From contig CAXXJJ010000004.1 of NCBI GenBank assembly GCA_963667015.2, positions 416,001 through 480,000 on the forward strand: a stretch of 64,000 bases of DNA. Reading direction: 5' to 3'. Positions 26,492 through 36,669 of the stretch are shown here, piece after piece; the stretch's first letter is position 1; each line of letters begins with the position of its first letter. The DNA is from Desulfatiglandales bacterium (GTDB lineage Bacteria; Desulfobacterota; DSM-4660; Desulfatiglandales; HGW-15). The translations under genes and the position numbers were made by a program. The notes beneath the pieces are model-generated. The model worked only from the letters and a program-made list of their open reading frames with translations. It ran no database searches and was not told where the DNA came from.

Positions 26492-27768
26492 TCAGCATTA
26501 TTAACATAGGAATGAACCATGAATCAGCGCCTGTCGAACTGAGAGAATGCCTTGCTGGAGACGGGATGGCCCCTGATAAAATCCTGTTAAAAATGAAAGG
26601 GACTGAACTGCTCAATGAAAGTATCTTTATTTCAACATGCAATCGTATCGAGGCATTGTGCACGACAGAAGATATTTCAGGTGCCGAGAAACTGATTGTT
26701 GACCTGATGTCTCAGGCGAGCGGGGTTTCAGAAGAAGAAATAAGGTCCCACATGTATCTATATAAAGATCTTGAGGCGGTGAAACATATCTTTAGAGTTG
26801 CTTCAAGCCTTGATTCAATGGTTGTGGGAGAACCTCAGATACTGGGGCAGGTAAAGGACGCATTCAGGCTTGCAGCCGCAAAAACGAAAACGACCGGTGT
26901 TATCATCAACAAGCTTATGCACAAAACCTTTCAGGTTGCTAAACGGGTAAGAACAGAGACCGGTATTTCAGAGACTGCTGTTTCAATAAGTTATGCCGCT
27001 GTTGAACTTGCTAAAAAGATATTTTACGGTCTTGAGGGAAAAACAGCGCTGCTTGTGGGTGCGGGAGAAATGGCTGAGCTTGCTGCAAAACATCTCATGA
27101 AACATGGGGTGGGTAATCTGGTTGTTGCAAACAGAAGTTTTGAGCGGGCAATAGAACTGGCCGGAAATATAGATGGTAAGGCTGTACTTTTTGAAGAACT
27201 GGATTCACAGCTTATTAATGCAGATATTGTCATATCTTCCACAGCAGCAACTGACTATATCATCACTGCAGACATGATTAAAAAGATCGCCAGAAAAAGA
27301 AAAAACCGGCCTCTTTTTCTCATTGATATCGCCGTACCGAGGGATATAGAGCCCAAGGTCAATAAACTCGAAAATATATTTTTATATGATATTGATGACT
27401 TGAAGGAAGTAGTTAATGAAAACAGTGAACAGAGAATGCAGGAGGCAGTAGTCGCCGAAAGGATTATAGAGGAAGAGATCCTGAAATTTGAAACCTGGCT
27501 CAGGACTCTGGATGTTGTGCCTACAATAGTTTTACTGAAAGAAAAAATAGAAGCAATAAGAGCATCAGAAATAAAAAAAAGTCTGCCGGGGCTTGGAGGC
27601 CTTACACCTGAGCAGATAAAAAGTATTGATAAATTGACAACCTCGATGTCAGAAAAGATAATAAATGATCCGATTATTTTTTTAAAGAAAATGGCGGTCA
27701 GGTCATCAAAGGATTTATTCCTTGATGCCACAAGGAAACTTTTTAATCTTGATCAGGAAAAAAAATAA
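26488..27768 (+). CDS. hemA: glutamyl-tRNA reductase
   Basis: STCNRIE, SLDSMVVGEPQILGQ, GAGEMA and DIAVPRD motifs. Confidence 0.97.
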   Translation: MISIINIGMNHESAPVELRECLAGDGMAPDKILLKMKGTELLNESIFISTCNRIEALCTTEDISGAEKLIVDLMSQASGVSEEEIRSHMYLYKDLEAVKHIFRVASSLDSMVVGEPQILGQVKDAFRLAAAKTKTTGVIINKLMHKTFQVAKRVRTETGISETAVSISYAAVELAKKIFYGLEGKTALLVGAGEMAELAAKHLMKHGVGNLVVANRSFERAIELAGNIDGKAVLFEELDSQLINADIVISSTAATDYIITADMIKKIARKRKNRPLFLIDIAVPRDIEPKVNKLENIFLYDIDDLKEVVNENSEQRMQEAVVAERIIEEEILKFETWLRTLDVVPTIVLLKEKIEAIRASEIKKSLPGLGGLTPEQIKSIDKLTTSMSEKIINDPIIFLKKMAVRSSKDLFLDATRKLFNLDQEKK

Positions 27769-27778
27769 AGGAAATAAA

Positions 27779-28138
27779 ATGGAAATAGAAAAAATTATCA
27801 ACAAAATTAAAAATGATGAGAACAGTGACAGTATTGGTATGATAGCAAGCCACCTTGGTATTGTGCGCAGTTTTTCCAGGAACGGTAAAGATGTTGAGGC
27901 GGTAGACGTCAAATATCATATGGATACTCTTGGCGATATTATTAAAAATATCAAGGCAATGCCTGGAATAGTTGCTGTAGAAGTTGAGGTAAATGAGGGG
28001 CATCTGAAGGTCGGAGATGAACTCATGTTTGTAGCAGTGGGTGGGGATATAAGAGAGAATGTTTTTGCTGCACTTATTGAGGCTGTAGAACAAATTAAAA
28101 AAAGTGCGGTTACTAAACAGGAAATATTCATATCATAG
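27779..28138 (+). CDS. moaE: molybdopterin synthase catalytic subunit MoaE-like
   Basis: GMIASHLGIVR, GHLKVGD and VAVGGDIRE motifs; next to moaC. Confidence 0.8.
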   Translation: MEIEKIINKIKNDENSDSIGMIASHLGIVRSFSRNGKDVEAVDVKYHMDTLGDIIKNIKAMPGIVAVEVEVNEGHLKVGDELMFVAVGGDIRENVFAALIEAVEQIKKSAVTKQEIFIS

Positions 28139-28159
28139 ATTAGATAAGAGGTGATTAAT

Positions 28160-28591
28160 ATGGGAATGGCTGATATTACTGAAAAACCAATAATAAAACG
28201 ATCTGCAAAGGCATCAGGCAGATTGTATCTAAGGCCGGAAACAATAAATGAAATCAAGGCAGGGACTGTTAAAAAGGGTGATCCACTTCTTATTGCAGAA
28301 GTAGCAGGAATGAACGCTGCAAAGCAGACGCATCTGCTTATCCCTCACTGTCATCAGATCCCTCTTGATATAGTAAAGGTGGATTATACTGTAAACGATG
28401 ACTTCATTGATGCTGTCTGTACTGTAAGCGCCCAGGCAAGGACGGGTGTTGAAATGGAGGCCCTTGTCGGAGTATCTATCGCACTTAATACTATTCTTGA
28501 TACAGTAAAATATATCGAGAAGGATGAGAACGGCCAATACCCTTTTACAATGATAACAGACATTAAGGTTGTTTTTAAAAAGAAGGGATAG
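28160..28591 (+). CDS. moaC: cyclic pyranopterin monophosphate synthase
   Basis: KKGDP, LIPHCHQI and TGVEMEAL motifs. Confidence 0.95.
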   Translation: MGMADITEKPIIKRSAKASGRLYLRPETINEIKAGTVKKGDPLLIAEVAGMNAAKQTHLLIPHCHQIPLDIVKVDYTVNDDFIDAVCTVSAQARTGVEMEALVGVSIALNTILDTVKYIEKDENGQYPFTMITDIKVVFKKKG

Positions 28592-28624
28592 CAGGAATTA
28601 AAAAAAATGTAAGGAATCGAATCT

Positions 28625-28697
28625 GTAGGGGCACGGCGCACCGTGCCCGAAATGAATGTGTTGCAAACTCTTAGGGCACGATGCGTCGTGCCCCTGC
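28625..28697. repeat. GTAG-family REP doublet (REPIN)
   Basis: GTAGGGGCACGGCGCACCGTGCCC plus inverted GGGCACGATGCGTCGTGCCCCTGC. Confidence 0.85.
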
Positions 28698-28730
28698 ATC
28701 AAGTTTCCCGGTAATATGAAGAAACCCAGG

Positions 28731-28755
28731 GGGCGAATAATTATTCGCCCTTTAC
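28731..28755 (-). repeat. REP-like palindrome overlapping the modC stop
   Basis: Perfect 20-bp palindrome GGGCGAATAATTATTCGCCC preceded by GTAAA on the minus strand. Confidence 0.7.
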
Positions 28756-29844
28756 TGCCTGATTTTCGTTAGAAGCCCCCAATGACACCGCCACTGTTTT
28801 TATCAGTGCAAAAACATCCTTTCCTTCGTTAAGTTCCAGCTTATAACATGAATGACGGCTTATTCTTGCATGGAGAAGGAGCCCGATATCAACATATACA
28901 TCAACGAAAGGACCACCATTATCCACTATGGTCTTAACTTTCCCTGCAAAGATATTATGAAAACTTGTATCTTCCGGTTTTTTCAGTGCTATTGCCACAT
29001 GCTTTGCAGAAATCCTGACCCGTATAGGCATTCCTTTAGGGGCCTGAACAGGGGGAACGGTCAGATATAAGGATCCGAAACGCAGCTGTGTAAGGCCTGC
29101 ACAGTTGTCAGGATCATCCACAATTCCCGAAATAACGGATCCATGATCCTCCATGCCGAGATGTTTCTGAATATCCGGTCTTGAGAAGAGATGTTCAGGG
29201 CTTCCCGATGCAACCACATTTCCTGAATCCATTATTACAATTTTATCAGCCAGATTGAGAATCTCATCTATTATGTGGCTTACATAAAGAATCGGGATTT
29301 TATATTCACGCGAAAGTCGTGTTATAAATGGAAGAACCTCTGCCTTTCTCTGTGGGTCCAGTGATGCAAGGGGTTCATCCATCAGCAGCATGGCCGGGCT
29401 TGTAAGGAGTGCCCTTCCTATGGCAACTCGCTGTTTTTCTCCTCCGGAAAGCTTTGACGGTCTTCGATCCAGAAGATGACCGATACCCAGCAGTTCTACA
29501 ACAGAATCAAATGATACAAAACGAAGTTCAGGAGGTGTCAGTCTCAGCCCATATGTAAGGTTGCTATGCACAGAAATGTGCGGGAAAAGTCTGGCATCCT
29601 GAAAAACATAGCCTATACGGCGTCGTTCTGTTGGTAGATTAATCTTCTTTTCAGAATCAAAAAGACAGAGATCTTTAACCGATATATGACCCCTGTCAGG
29701 AGTAATAAGACCTGAGACCATGTTGATTACGGATGTCTTACCGGCACCCGAAGGACCGAAAAGGGCAGTAACTCCGGTTTCTGCTCCTGAAAAACTTGTA
29801 TTAATTAAAAAATCTCCCTGCTTCCGGCATATATTAACTTCCAT
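28741..29844 (-). CDS. modC: molybdate ABC transporter ATPase
   Basis: GPSGAGKT, LSGGEKQRVAIGRAL; C-terminal TOBE/Mop domain. Confidence 0.96.
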   Translation of the reverse strand: MEVNICRKQGDFLINTSFSGAETGVTALFGPSGAGKTSVINMVSGLITPDRGHISVKDLCLFDSEKKINLPTERRRIGYVFQDARLFPHISVHSNLTYGLRLTPPELRFVSFDSVVELLGIGHLLDRRPSKLSGGEKQRVAIGRALLTSPAMLLMDEPLASLDPQRKAEVLPFITRLSREYKIPILYVSHIIDEILNLADKIVIMDSGNVVASGSPEHLFSRPDIQKHLGMEDHGSVISGIVDDPDNCAGLTQLRFGSLYLTVPPVQAPKGMPIRVRISAKHVAIALKKPEDTSFHNIFAGKVKTIVDNGGPFVDVYVDIGLLLHARISRHSCYKLELNEGKDVFALIKTVAVSLGASNENQAVKGE

Positions 29845-29850
29845 TAATAA

Positions 29851-30549
29851 TTATCCTTTCAGACGGGCGGAAAAACGCCGGGAAGTCAGTTCAGAGAAGA
29901 GCAGGGCGGCCATGGCTATCAATATTGAGAGTATGCAAAGTCGCATAGCCCCAATCTCACCGTCAGGCACCTGGGTAAAGGTATACAGTGCAAGAGGTAT
30001 TGTCTGAGTCTGTCCCTGTATATTGGATACAAATGTGATAGTGGCTCCGAATTCACCAAGGCTTCTGGCAAACGCGAGAATCATTCCTGTGATGATCCCC
30101 GGTATTGTGAGTGGAAGAGTAATGGTAAAGAATACTCTGAAAGGGCCGGCACCCAGTGTACGGGCCGCGGCTTCGAGTCCCTGATCCACCCCTTCAAGAG
30201 ATAATCTTACTGACCTTACAAGAAGAGGAAATGACATTACAGCAGCTGCCAGCACTGCACCTTTCCAGTTAAAGGCAAACACAATACCGGTGTATTTATA
30301 TAAAAAAGCCCCTATGGCGCCATTCCGGCCAAGAAGTATAAGGAGAATATATCCTGTTACAACGGGTGGAATAACCAGAGGAAGATGAATTATTCCGTCA
30401 ATGATATTTTTGCCCGGAAATTTATGACGGGCAAGAAGCCATGAAATAAAAATACCGATGGGAAGACTTACAGCAACCGACCACATCGATACTCTGAGAC
30501 TCAGCTTGAGGGCCTCTATTTCTATTTCAGTTAATTGCCAGAAATGCAT
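29851..30549 (-). CDS. modB: molybdate ABC transporter permease
   Basis: LPLVIPPVVTG; FARSLGEFGAT. Confidence 0.96.
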   Translation of the reverse strand: MHFWQLTEIEIEALKLSLRVSMWSVAVSLPIGIFISWLLARHKFPGKNIIDGIIHLPLVIPPVVTGYILLILLGRNGAIGAFLYKYTGIVFAFNWKGAVLAAAVMSFPLLVRSVRLSLEGVDQGLEAAARTLGAGPFRVFFTITLPLTIPGIITGMILAFARSLGEFGATITFVSNIQGQTQTIPLALYTFTQVPDGEIGAMRLCILSILIAMAALLFSELTSRRFSARLKG

Positions 30550-31334
30550 TATTTTACTTCAAATCCATACTTTAAAAAAATTTCCTGAACATCCTGAGAT
30601 TTAAGAAAAATCAGGAAGGAAATTGCAGCTTTGGATTTTCCTCCAGATACGACTGATATCGGGTATACTATTGGAGGATGGCATTCAGCAGAGAATACCC
30701 CTGCAACCCGAACCTTTTTTGATATTGCAGCGTCTGTGGTATAAACCAGACCCAGCGGGGTCTCTGTCCGTTCCACCATTACAAGAGCAGCCCTGACATC
30801 TTTCATGGGCGCGATACGACCGCTGATCTTCTCCCATAATTTCAATGATTCAAGTGCCTGTTTGCCGTATATACCGGCAGGAACATGCTCCGGATCGCCA
30901 ATTGCCAGCCTTCCGTCTTTTCCGAGAAACAATGATAAATCCAAACCCTGTTTTATGTCAATCTCCTGAACATTGCTTTGAGATGGAACAATAAGTGCTA
31001 TTCGGTTACCAAGCAGGTCAAATCGGGTTGCTTTTTGAATCGCCCCTTTTTCTTCAAGGTAATCCATCCATTTTTTATTGGCAGAAAGGAAAATATCTGC
31101 AGGAGCACCATTGGCGATCTGCTTTGCGAGTGTTGATGAGGAGGCAAAGGAAGTTTTTATTTTTCCAAGGCCTTTTGCCTTATATAGTTCAACTACCTCT
31201 GTTACTGCGTTGGTAGTTGATGCAGCTGCGAATAAAGTTAAATCATCTTCAGCTGCCATGATGTCCAGAGTCAATCCGAAAATAGTAAAAAAAATAGTCA
31301 TTAAAATAAGGAATATCTTTGCTGAAGATTTCAT
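30549..31334 (-). CDS. modA: molybdate-binding periplasmic protein
   Basis: Signal peptide; FAAAS; SSSTLAKQI; GDPEHVPAGIY. Confidence 0.96.
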   Translation of the reverse strand: MKSSAKIFLILMTIFFTIFGLTLDIMAAEDDLTLFAAASTTNAVTEVVELYKAKGLGKIKTSFASSSTLAKQIANGAPADIFLSANKKWMDYLEEKGAIQKATRFDLLGNRIALIVPSQSNVQEIDIKQGLDLSLFLGKDGRLAIGDPEHVPAGIYGKQALESLKLWEKISGRIAPMKDVRAALVMVERTETPLGLVYTTDAAISKKVRVAGVFSAECHPPIVYPISVVSGGKSKAAISFLIFLKSQDVQEIFLKYGFEVK

Positions 31335-31364
31335 TATTGCCTCATTATTTAAAGTAATAAATGT

Positions 31365-31407
31365 TGTCGTCTTAAAACGACAGATGTGTTGTCATATTTA
31401 CATATGA
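31365..31407. promoter_or_regulatory. two palindromes upstream of modA (candidate Mo/W regulator operator)
   Basis: TGTCGT-N6-ACGACA (31365-31382) and TCATAT-N4-ATATGA (31392-31407). Confidence 0.5.
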
Positions 31408-31457
31408 TCTAATTTTTGGTCAAGGTTTTTAAACCGGGTTAGCGAATAAAAGAAGAT

Positions 31458-34400
31458 TTATGAGGAATATTTTTTGATTATAACTGAAAATTCATCAATA
31501 TTTATCGGCTTGGAGATATAGTCATTCATCCCTGCCTCAAGAAAGCTTTCTTTATCACCCTTCATGGCATGAGCCGTCATAGCAATTATAGGTATTTTAT
31601 TGTTGATGCGGGATGAATTTGAGTTTCTGATTTTAATGGTTGCCTCTATCCCATCCATCACGGGCATCTGAACATCCATTAAAACAATATCGAAATCACT
31701 GTTTTCAAGTGCCTCAATTGCTTCAAGGCCGTTATTGGCGATTGTTACTTCATGTCCCCATTTTTTGCCAAGGATACTGGTAGCAACCTTCTGGTTGACA
31801 ATATTATCCTCTGCCAGCAGGATTTTAAGCTTATGGCTGTCTCCCGATTTGTCCTGTGGCTGTCCTGTATTTTTATTTATGCTATCAGGCAGATCACCAA
31901 ATGTTGTAACTATGGTTTGTATTAAATTCTTCTGAAGCACAGGTTTTTGAAGGTAACTTTCAATCCCCGCTTTATGGCGTTTTTCAATATCCCCTTTTTC
32001 AGTAATTGAACTCATCATTATTATCTTTATGTCATCGAATACACGGTCTGAGCGAACCGTTTCAGCGAATTCGAAACCATTCATCTCCGGCATATGATAA
32101 TCAAGAAGGATCAGGCAGAATTTATTACCATCTTTGTATGATTCATATAGTCGAGCAAGTCCTTCTTTGCCGGTGTTGCAGATTTCACATGAAAAGCCGC
32201 AGGGTTCAAGGGTGTTTTTCAGGATAAGACAATTTGTACTGTTATCATCCACAATCAAAACACGATCACAGTTTAGTTCTTTTGAAATGGATTTACGGAT
32301 AATTTCTTCATCAGGCTCCCTTTTTTCAAATGTCGCGGTAAAATGAAATGTACTGCCATGCCCGGGTTCACTTTCCGCCCACATATCTCCATCCATCATT
32401 TCAGTAAGCTTTTGTGAAATTGTCAGGCCAAGACCTGTACCCCCGTATTTTCTGGTTGTGGACGCATCTACCTGTGCAAAACTTTCAAATATGCATTTAA
32501 GTTTCTCTGCAGGAATACCTATACCTGTATCCCTTACAGTGAAATGTAGACAGCAGAACACATCATTGCTCCTGGACGTATCTAAACCGGCATTTATTAC
32601 TATCTCACCTTTTTCAGTAAACTTGATGGCGTTACCAACTAAATTTATAATTATCTGCCGCAGCCTGCTGGGATCACCTCTAAGTGCGGAAGGGGTGTCA
32701 TTTTCAAGGTTGCATATCAATTCAATCTGTTTGGAATTGGCCTGTGCTGCCATTGTGGATGCAGTTGTTTCAAGTACATTTCTCAGGTCAAAATCAATTT
32801 TTTCAAGCTCAAGTTTTCCTGACTCTATTTTAGAAAAATCAAGAATATCATTCAGTAAATCGAGTAATGAAACCGCCGACTGTTTTACAATATCCATATA
32901 ATCAAACTGCTGACTGTTCAGCTCCGTTTTAAGGAGCAGTTCGGTCATGCCAATAATGCCGTTCATTGGGGTACGTATTTCATGGCTCATATTGGCAAGG
33001 AATTCACTCTTGGCCTTATTTGCCTCTTCTGCCACAAGTTTGGCCTGTTTAAGTTCCTCTTCAAACTTTTTGCGCTCAGTTATATCATGACTTATTCCAA
33101 CAATACCTTTTACATTGCCATTACTGTCTTCCAACCGGACTTTAGTTGTAAGTATCCAATGGGGTAAACCACTGGTGTGATTTTTAACCTTTTCTTCAAC
33201 ATTTATAAGCGGGATGCCGGTACGTAATATTTTTTGTTCATCTTCATAAAACTTTTTGGCAGATTCATCCTGGTCCTGAAAAATTTCAAGATCTGTCCTT
33301 CCGAGGATGTCTTCCTGGGAATTAAAGCCTAGAATCTGCACAAGCGCCTTATTCATAAGTATAAAACGGGATTTGTCATCTTTGCTGAAGATAGGATCAG
33401 GGATTATATCGATAAGAGTTTTTAGAAGATTCCGTTCATCTGCAAGTTCTCTGGTTCTTTCCTGAACTGTTAACTCCAGTTGCCTGTTGCGTTCACGAAT
33501 GGCCCGTGTCCTTAAATAATAAACAGCCGATACCAGCAGTATTATTAAAAAGGCGCCTGTTATTCTAAACCATGCTGTTTTCCAGAAGGGCGGGGTAATA
33601 ATTATTTTTACGGATGTTCCTTCCTCATTCCAGATATTGTTATTATTCGAACCTTTAACCCGGAATGTGTATTCACCCGGATTAATGTTTGTATATGTTG
33701 CAAGGCGTCGTTTCCCGATGTAATTCCATTCCCTGTCAAATCCTTCCAGCATATAGGCGTACTGATTTTTATCCGAAGACACAAAATTAAGGGCGGTAAA
33801 CCCGAAAGAGAATACCGAATGCTTATAGGAAAGCACCAGTTCATCTGTCTGGCTGATCTGTTTTTTTAGAGGTGAATCCTGAGTGCCGGGTTTAATCGAT
33901 TTGTTGAAAATCTGAAAATCGGTGATAACCACGGGTGGAATATTTTTATTTTCAATTATATTACCGGGATAAAACGCATTGAAACCGTTTTCCCCTCCAA
34001 AATAAAGAGTTCCATTTTTAGATTTATATCTGGATTTTTTTATGAAATTATCGCTCTGCAGTCCGTCAACCTTTGTATAGTTTTTAAATTCCTCTGTCAC
34101 AGGATTAAACCTGGACAACCCTCCGTTTGTACTGATCCAAAAAAATCCATTTAAATCTTTTTCGATTCCAAAAACCAGATCATTCGGGAGTCCATTGCTT
34201 TTAAAATATTTTTTGATTGTCCCGGTTGCCCTGTTTAATTTGTTTAAGCCGTAATTGGTTGCAATCCATATGAAATTTTCATCCTCCTCAAAAATATCGG
34301 TTACAAAATTATGAGAAAGGCTGTTACTGTTTTTTTCATCGTGTGTGTAATTAATATTTTTATTCGTTTCAGGATTAAAGATTGTGAACCCCTTAGATGC

Positions 34401-35975
34401 ACCCAGCAGTAAATCCCCCTGTGAGGAGATTTTGATAACCTCAACAAAATTATCAGGCAGTCCGGCATTTTCGCTATTATAATTTATAAATGATTTATCG
34501 GTTTTATTATATTTAATGAGGCCTGCCTGGGTAGCAAACCATAAATTACCCATTTTATCTTCAGCAATATCAAAAACATTGTTGGATGATGGGTTGCTCT
34601 CATTAATAAAATTAATAAAAGATTTTTTCTGCCTGTCAAACAGATTGATTCCGCCGGCCCAGGTCCCCGTCCAGACATTGTTTTCAGAATCTATATATAC
34701 TGTTAATACGGCATCTGACTTAAGATCTGAATTGGACGAATTGTAATATTTAAAATCCTCTGTCTCAGGGTTGAATCTATTTAAACCACCTCCATCTGTT
34801 GCAATCCAGATAATGCCCTGACGGTCTTCAGAAAATTCCCATACCGAATTATGACTGAGTCCATCAGGCATGCTTTTATAGTGAATAAAACCCTGATTAC
34901 TGAAATTAACTACATTTATTCCGCCTGAAAATGTTCCGGCCCAAATGTCTCCTATATTATCCTTATATATAGAGTAGACCGAATCATTGTTAATACTGAA
35001 TGGATCATTTTGAGATGATTTGAAATGTGTAAAATTTTGTGTGTTTTTATTCAGCAGGTTTATTCCACCATTTTCAGTACCAATCCAGAGTTCCCCTTTT
35101 TGGCCTTCGCAAATAGCAAGAATATCATTACTCGAAAGGCTGTTTTCATTATTGGGATTATTTTGAAAATGTTTAAATACCTGTTTATCGATTTCATCGA
35201 CCTTTATAAATGATAATCCTTTTCCATAACATGCAAACCACAAATAACCCTCGGAATCTTCAAAAATAGTATAGACCTTATTCCCTATCAGACTGTGAGG
35301 ATTTTCTTCCTGATGTTCCAATCTTTTGAAGCTGTCTGTTATATAGTCGTAAATATTCAGTCCGCCGCCATCCGTTGCGATCCATATATTTCCTTTGCTG
35401 TCTTCAAATATTTGTTTGATTTTATTACTTCTTAATCCGCCATCTTCATTGCCGGCCTTATAGATTTTTATATTATCTGATTCAGGGTCATAAAGAAACA
35501 ACCCGTCATCATTGGTTCCAAGCCATAAATTCCCCTTTTTGTCCTTAAAGACATTTAAAATATCTACCTCTTCCAGTGCATATCCATTCCGGGAATTATA
35601 ATTAATGAACTTATCCTGTTCTCTGTCATACCTGGATAGACCGTTGGAGGTACCTATCCACAGGTTACCTTTATTGTCTTCATATATTGATTTGATCTGA
35701 TTTGATATTATTGAGGTCATGTCATTTGGATCATGGCGGTAAACAGTAAAATTATAACCATCATACCTGTTTAATCCGTCAAATGTCCCAAACCATAAAA
35801 ATCCCTGGCAATCCTGGATTATTGAGGTGACTGTCGATTGCGAGAGTCCATTATCCGTTGTTATATGGTCAAATTTAAGCTTTGAAAGGTTAGACGAATA
35901 TAAGCAGGGAGCCTGAAGTATATAAATAAAGATTATTATTAAAAAGAAAAAAAATTTTTTATTGATATGTATCAT
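31458..35975 (-). CDS. hybrid sensor kinase: periplasmic beta-propellers + Y_Y_Y, TM, PAS, HisKA, HATPase, two REC domains
   Basis: Repeated D..G.LW.GT..GL blades; [36 protein letters not shown]. Confidence 0.93.
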   Translation of the reverse strand: MIHINKKFFFFLIIIFIYILQAPCLYSSNLSKLKFDHITTDNGLSQSTVTSIIQDCQGFLWFGTFDGLNRYDGYNFTVYRHDPNDMTSIISNQIKSIYEDNKGNLWIGTSNGLSRYDREQDKFINYNSRNGYALEEVDILNVFKDKKGNLWLGTNDDGLFLYDPESDNIKIYKAGNEDGGLRSNKIKQIFEDSKGNIWIATDGGGLNIYDYITDSFKRLEHQEENPHSLIGNKVYTIFEDSEGYLWFACYGKGLSFIKVDEIDKQVFKHFQNNPNNENSLSSNDILAICEGQKGELWIGTENGGINLLNKNTQNFTHFKSSQNDPFSINNDSVYSIYKDNIGDIWAGTFSGGINVVNFSNQGFIHYKSMPDGLSHNSVWEFSEDRQGIIWIATDGGGLNRFNPETEDFKYYNSSNSDLKSDAVLTVYIDSENNVWTGTWAGGINLFDRQKKSFINFINESNPSSNNVFDIAEDKMGNLWFATQAGLIKYNKTDKSFINYNSENAGLPDNFVEVIKISSQGDLLLGASKGFTIFNPETNKNINYTHDEKNSNSLSHNFVTDIFEEDENFIWIATNYGLNKLNRATGTIKKYFKSNGLPNDLVFGIEKDLNGFFWISTNGGLSRFNPVTEEFKNYTKVDGLQSDNFIKKSRYKSKNGTLYFGGENGFNAFYPGNIIENKNIPPVVITDFQIFNKSIKPGTQDSPLKKQISQTDELVLSYKHSVFSFGFTALNFVSSDKNQYAYMLEGFDREWNYIGKRRLATYTNINPGEYTFRVKGSNNNNIWNEEGTSVKIIITPPFWKTAWFRITGAFLIILLVSAVYYLRTRAIRERNRQLELTVQERTRELADERNLLKTLIDIIPDPIFSKDDKSRFILMNKALVQILGFNSQEDILGRTDLEIFQDQDESAKKFYEDEQKILRTGIPLINVEEKVKNHTSGLPHWILTTKVRLEDSNGNVKGIVGISHDITERKKFEEELKQAKLVAEEANKAKSEFLANMSHEIRTPMNGIIGMTELLLKTELNSQQFDYMDIVKQSAVSLLDLLNDILDFSKIESGKLELEKIDFDLRNVLETTASTMAAQANSKQIELICNLENDTPSALRGDPSRLRQIIINLVGNAIKFTEKGEIVINAGLDTSRSNDVFCCLHFTVRDTGIGIPAEKLKCIFESFAQVDASTTRKYGGTGLGLTISQKLTEMMDGDMWAESEPGHGSTFHFTATFEKREPDEEIIRKSISKELNCDRVLIVDDNSTNCLILKNTLEPCGFSCEICNTGKEGLARLYESYKDGNKFCLILLDYHMPEMNGFEFAETVRSDRVFDDIKIIMMSSITEKGDIEKRHKAGIESYLQKPVLQKNLIQTIVTTFGDLPDSINKNTGQPQDKSGDSHKLKILLAEDNIVNQKVATSILGKKWGHEVTIANNGLEAIEALENSDFDIVLMDVQMPVMDGIEATIKIRNSNSSRINNKIPIIAMTAHAMKGDKESFLEAGMNDYISKPINIDEFSVIIKKYSS

Positions 35976-36184
35976 TAAATTAAAATATCTTTAAATAAAT
36001 AAAAGTGTGCAAAATTAATTTTTCTATTTTGTTGGCTCAATATACAATAAATGAAAATAAATTTTATTGAATGATTTGAACTCATTAATCCATATCGGCA
36101 TCAATTGGGATAACCTTCACGAAAATAAAGGGATATTTGGAATTGTAGATTCCTCCCCTTTAAAAGCAGCAACAGATATGATGC

Positions 36185-36625
36185 TCATGAATCAAGCATA
36201 CATTTTTCAGAATCATCATTTCCCTGATAATAGCGTGCTTCAATCAGGTTTTCTTCCGGATCCCTGAAATAAATTGATGTTCCGGTTCCATGAGCGCCCC
36301 AGCGAAGGACCGGTCCTTCAACAATGCTGATATTACAGTTTTTTAATCGATCAATAAGTTCATCCCAGGACTTTTTATCCATGGAAAAGCAGAAATGATT
36401 TAAATGAGCCCTGCATGGCTCTGTGGCCGCATCCTTCTGCCATAGTCTTTTGGGAAAAAGGTCTATTACAGTATCTGCATTCAAACGGACAGAAGGAAAG
36501 GGCACCTTTCGAGAACGGTATTCTTCCAGCCGTTCGGTTTCAAGCAGGAGCACCTTTGAATAAAAATCAATCATTGCATCATCATCTTCCATATTTAAAA
36601 CAATATGATCCATCATGCATTGCAT
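36185..36625 (-). CDS. VOC (glyoxalase/bleomycin resistance) family protein
   Basis: DHIVLN, NHFCF and YFRDPEENLIE motifs. Confidence 0.88.
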   Translation of the reverse strand: MQCMMDHIVLNMEDDDAMIDFYSKVLLLETERLEEYRSRKVPFPSVRLNADTVIDLFPKRLWQKDAATEPCRAHLNHFCFSMDKKSWDELIDRLKNCNISIVEGPVLRWGAHGTGTSIYFRDPEENLIEARYYQGNDDSEKCMLDS

Positions 36626-36669
36626 GGTAAAACCTCCACAGGGTAATTTACTTGTTCGCCGGTTTAATA

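Noticed and set aside
33600..35900. Repetitive low-GC coding sequence as a DNA repeat array
   Set aside because: Explained by beta-propeller blade repeats at the protein level
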